The position numbers and the translations under genes were made by a program. A stretch of 64,000 bases of DNA, from contig CM052817.1 of assembly GCA_028534125.1 (NCBI GenBank), forward strand, positions 64,854,001 through 64,918,000, given 5' to 3'. Position 1 is the stretch's first letter, and the number at the start of each line of letters is the position of its first letter. Below, piece by piece: positions 53,290-64,000 of the stretch. The notes beneath the pieces were generated by a model that was not told the DNA's origin, did not search any database, and worked only from the letters and a program-made list of their open reading frames with translations. The stretch comes from Lama glama (taxonomy: Eukaryota).

Positions 53290-54360
53290 TTTATTTCACA
53301 AACTTCAAGACATTGAATTGGACAGTGATTTCTTGGATATGACACCAAAAACACAGGCAACAAAATTAAAGATAAATGAAACACCATCAAACTTTAAAAC
53401 TTTGTGTCAGAAGAAAAAAGGCAACCTATGGAATGAGAGAAAATATTTGCAAATAGTACATTTGACAAGGGGTTAATATCTAGAATATGTAAGGAATTTC
53501 TACAACTCAATGCCAAAAAAACCCCAATTTAAAAATGAGCAAAAAACTTAAGGCTTTTCTCCAATAAGATATTTAAATAGCCAGTAAGCACATGAAAAGA
53601 TGTTCAGCATCAGTAATCAGAGAAATGCAATCTTTTGATTGCATGATCACATTGAGCTATCACTTTACATCATCGGGATGGTCACTATCAAAACAACAGA
53701 AAATAAGTTTTGGTGAGATAGGGAGAAATTGGAACTGTTATGCATTGTTGGTGGGGATGTAAAATGGTACATCCATTATGTAAAACAGTATAGAGGTTCC
53801 TCAAAAATTTAAAAAGAATTAACATATGATTCACTAATCCCACTTCCGGGCATATATCTAAAAGAACTGAAAGCACGATTTCAAAGAGATATTTATACAC
53901 ACATGTTCATCACAGCATTAGTGAAAATAGCCAAGAGGTGGAAGCCATCCAAATGTCCATGAACAGATGAATAATAAAGAAAATGTAGTATATACATACA
54001 CTGGAATATTGTGCAGCCTAAAAGAGGAAAATCCTGTCCCATGCTACAACTTACATGAACCTTGAGGACATTATGCCAAAGTAAGGCAGTCACAAAAGGA
54101 CAATACTGTATGATTCTACCACATGAACTACCTAAAGCAGTCAAAATGATAGAAAGTAGAAAGGTGGTTACCAAGGACTGGAGGGAAGAAGGAAGGGGAA
54201 TTGTATTTAATGCATGTAGAGTTTCAGTGTTGCATGACGAATATGTTCTAGCTGTCTGTTCCCCAACAATGTGAATATATTTAGCACTACTGAACTGTAC
54301 ACCTAAAAACAATTAAGATGGTAAATTCAATGTTCTGTGTTTATTATAATAATAAAAAAA
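53290..54360 (+). mobile_element. L1 ORF2 3' part and 3' UTR (L1MA/MB-type)
   Basis: KLQDIELDSDFLDMTPKTQATK, typical 3' UTR and A-rich end. Confidence 0.88.
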
Positions 54361-54399
54361 TCTGAATTGGAAAATATATGACTTGAACAGCACAGTTAA

Positions 54400-56050
54400 C
54401 AAGCTTCATAAAAGGAGTGTTCTCTTATTTTTAATTCTCTACAAAGAGCTGTGTAAAATGATTTATTTGCGTTCAGTATGTCTCACAGATATGTCCATAA
54501 AGCATTTAGTCTTGGATTCTAATATACTAAATCAAGTTACTTGAAATTATAAAATTCTTTGGGGTATTAAATATTTTTGAGTTATTTATTGGTAATTTTT
54601 ATTTTTATAATTCACTTTACATAAACTTTCAAATATGTTGACACAAAGTATTTTGTAATATCCATTTATTTACACTTTAATATCTCCATTATTCACTTCT
54701 CTATGTCTTCTCTTGCTACTGCTTAAACTCTTCTGTTGTTTAAAAGACTATTTTATTAGTCTTTTCGAAGAGTCGATTTTTGCCTTGAGCCTCTTTACTG
54801 TGTTTTACTTTTAACCATTGCTGCTTTTATCTTTATTTCCCTCTTTCAACTTTGAATTTATTGTTCTTTTTTTAAGCCTGTTAAATTAAGTGCATAGCTC
54901 AATAATGCTAGTCTTTCTTCTTTTTCTAACTTAAGAAAGGGGCTATAAACTTTCCTCCAAATTGCTTTAGCTACATTCCACAAGCTTTAATACATAATGT
55001 TTCATTAAATTTTAAATATTTTCTAATTTTTGTTTTCTTCTGTGGCTCAAAAGTTTTTAGATGAGCCTCTTCAAAGAAGTTCCCAAACATGATGTTTCCC
55101 AAAATTGTTATATTTTTAAATGATTTATAATTCAATTGCATTGTGGTCAAATCGTATGATCTCTAACAATTATCAATCCTTTGACTTTCTTGTGGATAGC
55201 CTTGAGGCTTAGTATATGGTCAGTTTCATAAATGTTCCATATGACTTGAAAATAATGTAAATTTTAAAACTGCTGGGCACACAGGTGTACATATATCCAT
55301 TAAATAAAGTTTGTTAATTACTGCTATTCAAATCTTATATACACTAATTTTTCTCTTTATGCCTGATTTATCAATTAAAATTTCCCAATTATTACAATAG
55401 ATGATGTAGTTTTGTGGTATTTGCAATTTTGTCCACTTTAATTCATGCATTTTGAAATGATGTGTAAATATAGTTTAGAATTTTATGATTAAATCATCAC
55501 CAATTTTATCTCTAACACTACTTTCTATGATTCTAGGTGGTAAGGCTTTCCTCCTGTTCCACAATTTATTTTCTACTTTAATGTATTCATTATCAGAGAA
55601 GTTGCCTAGATTACTTCTACTTTTGAAAATTATCTTCCTTTGTGATTTAATATATAAATATTTTAAGAACATTCCTTGTGCAGTGGAAAACTGCTTTCAG
55701 CCTGTAAAACTGCATATATATAAATTATATCTGTCTTATTATAGCATTTACATCTCCCATAGATTTATCTTTTGTCCACTCGAGCTGTCACGGGTTGGGA
55801 AACGTGAATTAAAGTCTCCTTATACTAATGCATTGCTTACTATTTCTTGCAATTCTTGAAGTTTTTTTCTCAATGAATTTGAATACTATGCTACTTGGAA
55901 CTATCACATCTTCACTAAGGATTGCATTCTTGAACATTACAACATGCCGTTCTTTTCCTTGTTTTATTGTAATGTGTTGAACCTTATCCAATGTTAAAAC
56001 TGTGACTTCTGTATTCTTTTTCTTTTATTATTAGCCTAATAGGCCTTTTG
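54400..56050 (-). mobile_element. Highly decayed L1 remnants
   Basis: T-rich with residual motifs (gcattgtggtca, agtatatggtcagtttcataaatgttccat). Confidence 0.5.
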
Positions 56051-56544
56051 CTATTCTTTTAAACATTGCTGAGTAAGTTTATTTAAATACAGCATACATT
56101 TAGGTTTTGAGTTTTTTAAAACTCAACCTTTCTAAGTCTCAGGATCCTCATTTATAAAATGGTAATATTATCCAAAGTATCTCATCACTTAGGGTTGAGC
56201 AGTCAACTGGTTTGAAACCAAACAGCAGCTAACTTGATAATACTTTCTCATATGGACTTTCATTTTTTGCCTCATTTTCTTTGTTCCTTACTCTTTTTGA
56301 CATTGCCTGCCCCCCTAAAAGCAGTCATGTATAAGCCTTTGTTTCAGACTCTGCTTTCTGAGGAACCCAGGCTTAGATAAGATTTTAGATATTCAGACTT
56401 TCTAAATTATCAGAATGAACACATTAATGTTTAGAAATCACAGATACTTTAGTGAAACATTTTAAAAGGCAGAAAAAGCAATGCTAGCATAAAACACAGT
56501 AACCACACAAGATCTTATTTCTCTGTCTTATCAGCAGTCTGACT

Positions 56545-59500
56545 AAATGGACACAAAAACAAGCCCATATAAATGCCATCTACAAGAAACTCACTTCAGA
56601 TCTAGAAACACATACAGACTGAAAGTGAGGGGATCGAAAAAGGCATTCCATGTGAATGAAAATCAAAAGAAAGTCAGATTAGCAATACTTACATAACACA
56701 CAATGGACCTTAGAATAAAGACTGACATAAGAGACAAAGAAGGAAACACTACATAGTGATCGTGGGATCAATTCAAGAAGATTTAACAATTTTAAAAATA
56801 TATGCACTCAATATAGGAGTACCTCAATATATAAAGCAAATATTAACAGACATAAAGGGAGTAACACCTTGACAGTAACACCAAAATAGGGGGGACCTTT
56901 ACCACTTCACTTACATAAACGGACAGATCATCTAAACAAAATCAATAAGAAAACATAGGTCTTAACTAATACAAGAGACCAAATGGACTTAATTGATATT
57001 TATAGAACATTCCACCTGAAAGCAGCAGAATACACATTCTTTTCAAGTGCACATGAAACATTCTCCAGGATAGGCCACGTCCCAGGCCACAAAACAACTC
57101 CCAGTATATATGGGAAAACTGAAACCATTATCAAGCATCTTTTCCATCCACAACACTATGAAATTAGAAATCACCTACAAGAAAAAAACTGCAAAAAAAC
57201 ACAAACACATGGAGGCTAAATGATATGCTACTAAACAACCAACAGTTCACTGAAGAAATCAAAGAGGAAATCAAAAAAATACCTAGGGACAAATAAAAGC
57301 AAAAACACGATGATCCAAAATCTATGGGATACAGCAAAAGCAGTTCTAAGAGGGAAGTTTACAGTGATGCGAGCTTACCTCAGGAAAGAACAATCTCAAA
57401 TAAACAACCTAACCTTACACCTAAAGCAGCTAGACAAAGAACAAACAAAACTCAAAGTTAGCAGAAAGAAAGAAATCATAAATATCAAAGCAGAAATAAA
57501 TAAAACAGAGATTAAAAACATTAAAAAGTCAAAAGAACTAGTTTTTAGTTTCTTTGATAAGATAAACAAAATTAACAAAACTTCAGCCAGATGCATCAAG
57601 AAAAAAAGGGAGAGGGCCCAAATCAATAAAATCAGAAATGAAAAAGGAGAAGTTACAACCAACACCACAGAAATACAAAGGATCATAAGAGGCTACTAAA
57701 GCAACTATATGGCAATAAAATGGACCACCTAGAAGAAATGGACAAATTCTTAGGAAGGCAGAATCTCCCAAGACTGAACCAGGAAGGAATAGAAAATATG
57801 AACAGAACAATTACTAGTAATAAAATTGAATCAGTAGTTTAAAAACCCAAAACAAACAAAAGTCCAGGACCAGATGGCTTCACAGGTGAATTCTACCAAA
57901 TATTTAGAAAAAAGTTAACACCCATCCTTCTGAAACTATTCCAAAAAACTGCAGAGGAAGGAGCATGTCTGATCTCATTCTGTAAGGTCAGCATTCACCC
58001 TGATAGCAATGCTAAACAAAGATATCACTCATACACACAAAAAAATTATAGGCCAGTATCACTAATGAATATAGATGCAAAAGTCCTTGACAAAATACTA
58101 GCAAACTGACTCCAACAATACATTAAAAGGATCATACATCATGATCAAGTGAGATTTATCCCAGGGATGCAAGGGTCTTTCAGTATCCACAGATCAGTCA
58201 ATGTGATACACCACAGTAACAAACTGAAGAATAAAAACCATATGATTATCTCAAAAGATGAGAAAAAGCTTTTGATAAAATTAAACATCCCTGGGTTGGG
58301 GACTGTGCCAAGACAGAACTTCCCTTCCTATGAAGGGGTGGGTTGAGAATATATTACATTGACCCTCCTCTGCCCTGGCCAAAAAGAAAAAAAAAGAAAG
58401 AAAAATCAACATCCGTTTATGATGAAAACTCTCCAGAAGGCAGGCACAGAGGGAAGATAGCTCCACATAATAAAGGCCATATATGACAAACCCACAGATA
58501 AGATCATATTCAACATTGAAAAGCTGAAAGCATTTCCTCTAAGATCAGGAATAAGACAAGGGTGTCCACTCTCACCACTTTCATTCAACATAGTTTTGGA
58601 AGTCCTAGTCACAGCAATCAGAGAAATTTAAAAAAAAAGAAATGAAAGGAATCCAAATAGGGAGAGAAATAAAATTGTTACTGTTTGCAGATGACATGAT
58701 ACTATACACAGAAAATCCTAATGACATTACCAGAATATTACTAGAGGTATCAATGAATTTTGGTAAAGTTGCAGGATACAAAATTAATACACAGAAATCT
58801 GCTGCATTTCTATACACTAACAATGAACTATCAGAAAGAGAAATTAAGGAAACAATCCCATTTACATTGCATCAAAAAGAATAAAGTACCTGCGGGAGGG
58901 TACAGCTCAGTGGTAAAGTGCATGCTTAGCATGCACAAGGTCCTGGGTTCAATCCTCAGTACTGCCATTACATAAATAAATAAATAACCTAAATCCGCCA
59001 CCCCTCCAAAAAGAATAAAATGCCTAGGAATAAACCTACCAAAGGAAGCAACAGACCTGTATTCCGAAAACTGTAAGAGGCTGATGAAAGAAACTGAAGA
59101 CAACACAAACAGATGGGAAAGATATACCACGTTCTTGGATTGGAAGCACGACACAAACTGCATAATTTGACATAAATCGCAGCAATATTTTCGTGGATCT
59201 GTCTCTTAGAGTAATGGAAACAAAAGCAAAAGTAAACCAATGGGACCTAATTAAACTGAAAAGCTTCTGCACAGCAAAGGAAACCATAAACAAAACAGAA
59301 AGATAACCTACAGAATGGGAGAAAACATTTGTGAACAATGCAACCAACAAGGGATTAATCTCCAAAATATACAAACAGCTCATGCAGCTCAATATCACAA
59401 AAACCAAACAACCCAATCAAAGAAATGGGCAGAAGACCTAAATAGACATTTCTCCAAAGAAGACACACAGATGTCCAACAGGCACATGAAAAGATGCTCG

Positions 59501-60390
59501 GTATCACTAATTATTAGAGAAATGCAAATCAAAACTACAATGAGGTATCTCCTACACTGGTCAGAAGGGCTGTCACCAAAAAGTCTACAAATAATAAATG
59601 CTGAAGAGGGTGTGGAGAAAAAGGAATCCTCCTACACTGTTGGTGGGAATGTAAATTGCTGCTGCCACTATGGAGGACAGTATCCAGGTTCCTTAAAAAG
59701 CTAAAAATAGACTTACCACATTATTAAGCAACCCTACTCCTAGGCATATATCCAAAAAGGTGAAAACTCGAAACCAAAAGATAATGCCCCTCATTATTCG
59801 CAGCAGCAGTATTATACATGCACCCATGTTCATAGCAGTATTATTTACAATAGTAAGTCATGGAAGCAACTGATGTGTCCATCAACAGATGAGTGGATAA
59901 AGAACATATACAATGGAATATTACTCAGCCATAAAAAAGAATGAAATAATGCTATCTGCAGGATGTGGATGGACCTAGAGATTATCATACTAAGTGAAGT
60001 AAGTCAGACAAATATCATACGGTATCATTTATATGTGGAATCTGAAAAAATGATACAAATATCTTATTTAGAAAACAGAAATAGACTCACAGACATAGAA
60101 CACAACTTAAGGTTACCAAAGGAGAGTAGGGGGAGGAAATTGGGAGATTGGGATTAGCAGATACAAATTACTATATATAAAATAGATAAACAACAAGGCC
60201 CTTCTGTATAGCACAGGGATATATATTCAATATCTTATGATAACCTATAATGGAAAGTAATCTGAAAAAGCATATACATATATACACATATACATTTATG
60301 TAGAACTCAATCTCTTTGCTGTACATCTGAAACATTGTAAATCAACTATACTTCAATAAAAAATATTTTTAAAAATTTAAAAAAAGAAAT
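56545..60390 (+). mobile_element. 5'-truncated, degenerate L1 (EN, RT, C-terminus, 3' UTR, A tail)
   Basis: [46 protein letters not shown] (RT motif), [13 protein letters not shown]. Many stops and frameshifts, two nested insertions and an internal deletion near 59150. Confidence 0.95.
58892..59007 (+). mobile_element. tRNA-derived SINE (Vic-1-like) nested in L1
   Basis: gggagggtacagctcagtggtaaagtgcatgcttagcatgcacaaggtcctgggttcaatcc. TSD aaaaagaataaagtacct (58874-58891) / aaaaagaataaaatgcct (59008-59025). Confidence 0.92.
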
Positions 60391-60689
60391 GAACAAAAGA
60401 AAATCCCATTATTTCAGCAAATGTATCTCCTTTTGATGTGTTTAAGTTCTAACTGAATTCCCTACTTTTACTATGTTCTAATACAAGTGACTGTAATATT
60501 ACTTAAGTTTTTAAGTAAAGTACCTCAAATAAACCAAAACAATGTTGAGAGAATAGAACACGTTAAAATAAGAAAAAAGATTGCAATTATTTAAAAAAAA
60601 ACCCAAAATTTAAATGCCTCAGAAATTAGTCATTTCCAACTGTAATCTATTCCTTCTTGTTATCAACAGTGCAAATTCGATATGGACTT

Positions 60690-61134
60690 AGGGTGGACAT
60701 ATTTGTACCTACCCAAAAGATATGTTCAAGCCCTAATATCTCGTACCCATAAATGTGACCTTATTTGAAAATAGACATAATGAAGTTAAAATGAAGTCAC
60801 ATTGGATTACAGGGAACCCTAATCCAATGATTGGTATCCTTAAAAGAAGGACTCAGATACCAGCACAAAAGACAGAGGGTAGAAGTCCATGTGATGACAA
60901 AGCAAAGACGAGTGATGCAGCTGCAAGCTAAGGAACACCAGGGATTGCTGGCAATTACCAGAAACCAGAAGAGGCTAGGAAGGAGTCGTCCCCATAGCCT
61001 CCTGAGGGAGCATGGTTCTGCCAACACCTCAATTTTGGGCTTTTAGTCTCCCAAACTGTAAGAGAATAACTTTCTGCTGTTTTAAGCCACTGATTTGCAG
61101 TAATTTGTTATGGCAGCCCTAGGAAACAGATACA
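60690..61134 (+). mobile_element. MLT1C/D-type LTR
   Basis: aaatgtgaccttatttgaaaatag..gcaagctaaggaacaccagggattgctggc..ttgttatggcagccctaggaaacagataca. Confidence 0.85.
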
Positions 61135-62707
61135 GGACTTCGATAATTAGTGAAAATTAAACTACACAGTGCTTGTAATGGTTTTTTCCCACATTTCAAT
61201 ATTAAACTGTGCCTTAATTCCATATGGAATTTAAATAAAAGACATAATACTCCATGCTACTAACTATATTTACTCACAAAAACCTGGAACTTTGAAGAGT
61301 ACAACTTAAGACGTAAGTTTTGTTCTACAATTGTGAGGGCTTTTCTTTATTTACATACGATGCTCACAGACCTTTAAATGGATAAGTATAATAGATTACT
61401 AAGAATAAAGCAACATAAGAGATACTGAACATCAATATTAAATTCGATGAACTTTCTACCAAGTGTACATAATCTGAGATGCCAATGAGTAAAAAGAACA
61501 GAAACTTAACTTATCCAAACTCAGTAAAGCTTCTGAAATGCTACTTGAACTGTGATAAAGAACAATCACTTTACTTTAAACATAAATGCTCTACATTTAC
61601 TGAAAACTAAAACATCTCCTAGCCCCATCTTCCTTTGCCAATGTCCTCCTACAAATGTTTAGTTATGGATTTTTGCACTGTATAAAATTAAAGTTCCTTA
61701 GTGTTTTGCAACACAGTCATTCACACAAATAATACAGATATATGGCAACTCTATCCTGTTATCAATTAGTAACTAAGAATCATACATGATGTGGAGTAAT
61801 AGCTGTATATACAATTATATGCATATTTCATACATGCTTATATTATTTATAGACATATATTTCCATTAGCTTGAAGATCATTATATGATAGTAGGCACAT
61901 ATGAATTTAACTTTATCTACTTTAAGAACCAACATATTTTATTTTTGAAAAGTATATATGGAAGGAAATGATAGGTGCTAAGAGTTGTTTCTTTTTAAAT
62001 TTAGGTAATGACAAAATTGATCCTTCAACAGCCTTTTAAAATAATCTAGCCTGAAAACTTAAATTTTGTAATCAAAATAATTTATCACCATTATTGAAAT
62101 TAAGAAAATATATTAAAGAGATTCTTATCTCTTCAGTGATTGCTTGAGAACCACAAAGGCATCACAAAGAAGGAACAGAGATGGGATCCATAGTTCAAAA
62201 GAAAGAGTTGAGTTTATCAATCTGATACTTCTTCCTAAATCACTATATTCCTTTGAAGTCACTAAATTGAATATAAAGCTGCAGATAGATAGTAACCTCC
62301 CATACAGAACATTATGGTAGACTTACAGGAGATTCAGGATATCTGCCTCCACAAATAAGTATGAAATAAATCAGAAAGACACTGATACAAATACATAATA
62401 ATAAAACTGAAAGGTCAGAAGGCACATTCTGAAGAATATAATCTGGTAAATAAAAGAGAATGAAGGTTTACTAATAAAGTAAAATTCTCAAGAAATGCTT
62501 ACTTAGGTTTAGAAAAGCCTTTTTTAAATCACACATTTAAATCTCACGTAAAAACAAAAAAAATGCTTTCTTATGAGGGCTTTTTATCACTTAAAAGTTT
62601 TAAAAATTCACAAGAGAAAATGAAATTTTCTCCCATTTCAAATAGTCTATGAAGTACCTCATTATCTCCTAATTTTTCCTTAAACTTAAAAAAAAAAAAA
62701 GATGACA

Positions 62708-62976
62708 TTAGTGTGGTATAGAGTTCACTGTAGGTTCAGTGCTGTTTTCTTTATCCTGTTTTTCTTCCTCATGTGGTGAATCTAGTAAATTTGTACTATT
62801 TTCCTCCTCACTGGAATCACTGTTCAATCCATCTTCAACTTGGGCTAATTTTTTGTCATGTGAAGAACTTTCACAGCCTTTGTCTGTGGGAACAGCTCCT
62901 TTCCTTTGGGGTAAGATAGTGAAAAATGCTTCTTGCCAGTCTCTTGTTTCCAGGTATTCCAGAATAATCTCAAACA
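62708..62976 (-). CDS. TRMT10A: TRMT10A (tRNA m1G9 methyltransferase) last coding exon
   Basis: tctttcttgcag|TG TTT GAG: (V)[32 protein letters not shown]...TVNSIPH then TAA, matching the recalled human TRMT10A C-terminus. Convergent with C4orf17 as in human. Confidence 0.95.
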
Positions 62977-64000
62977 CTGCAAGAAAGACAACTCCATGTA
63001 TTTTTTCATCAAGTTCATCTCAATGCTGCATACTATATTTTAAAATACACTGCTTTTGTGTTAAGAGTGCTAGTATGCCCTAATGACTACTTCTCCTGTA
63101 TTAACTGTGAGAGCCAATATGCCCCAAGGCTCTCAAGCTCTTCTAGCTTTTCCTCAATTCAGTTCTTAAGCACTTAGAGGTTTACCATTATCTGCTGTCA
63201 ATTATAATAGAGCACCTTTTTCATTTCCTTCCTATTCTTTATTCCTTTCACTTCTTTATCCTTTATTTGCCAATATAAAACTAGGGAAAAAAAGGGTTAG
63301 TAGTAATCCAAATTTCTTCTCTTTCCTATATAAGTGCCACTCACTTTGGGGAGTGTCTTGCCTTATTTATTTATTTATTTTTAATACTGTCTCCAAGATC
63401 ATCTCACTTTAATACATTGCTGAAGGGTTAGTTTGGACTACTTTATGATAGAAAAGTTAATTTCTACTATTTATCAGAAGCCTTAGAAAAAAAAGTTCAT
63501 TCCTTGAATCAATAAGTTCATTAAGTTCATTTTTATAATTCCCTAGAGCCTGCTACAGAGAAATGTAAAAAGCACAATTAATGGTTGTGTACTAACGAAG
63601 ATCTCTACTAAAATTTGTTTAAAAAGCAAAACTCCAGGCAAAATCTTAAGTCTGAGAATGTGTATTACAATTATTACATACAGCAGTAAAAAGAAAAAAA
63701 TAATCCACAACAGGAGAAAGGTTACATTATTACATATATAGATGATGGAATATTTCATAGCCACTAACAATGACTCAATAGCGTGACAATATATACTAAT
63801 AAATCAGGAGAAAAACACCTGAGATTTCTAACATTTTATGTAATAGAGTAAGAATTCAATTATGTAACAAATAATATTATATATGCATAGGAAAGGAAGC
63901 ACATCAAAAAGTTAATACCAAGTATCTCTGGGCAGTGAAATTACACCTTATTTCTTTTTCTTTATTTTTTACTATTTCTTTATGCTTTTCTACATTTTCA

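Noticed and set aside
56983..60157. Several ORFs with endonuclease and RT motifs
   Set aside because: Fragments of a dead L1 ORF2 broken by stops, frameshifts, insertions and a deletion; not a host gene or an active element.
61346..61943. Minus-strand AATAAA hexamers at 61346 and 61938 as the TRMT10A poly(A) signal
   Set aside because: AT-rich region with several candidates; cannot choose without transcript data.
62739..63083. 114-aa plus-strand ORF
   Set aside because: Antisense shadow of the TRMT10A exon with no independent support.

Overview
Mammalian genomic DNA, very probably camelid (three tRNA-derived SINEs resemble the Vic-1 family). It covers the ADH7 - C4orf17 - TRMT10A syntenic block. 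On the minus strand at the left are ADH7 (class IV alcohol dehydrogenase) exons 1 and 2 with its promoter. The exon 2 splice acceptor reads AA instead of AG and conserved residues are substituted, which suggests a decaying or pseudogenised ADH7. On the plus strand is a complete, intact 8-coding-exon C4orf17 orthologue (29828-48893, 1071 nt, 356 aa), all introns GT-AG with matching phases. On the minus strand at the right is the last coding exon of TRMT10A. The rest is mostly transposon-derived: L1, MIR, L2, MLT/ERV LTRs, MER8 and SINEs. Other items are a strong CTCF motif, a twin-primed inverted L1, an orphan poly(A) retro-insertion, a rearranged ERV with a tRNA-Ser PBS, and a 500-N gap. Gene and repeat identities come from my recall of the human proteins and repeat consensuses, not from a database search; repeat boundaries are approximate. 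I found no evidence for a wholly new biological system.
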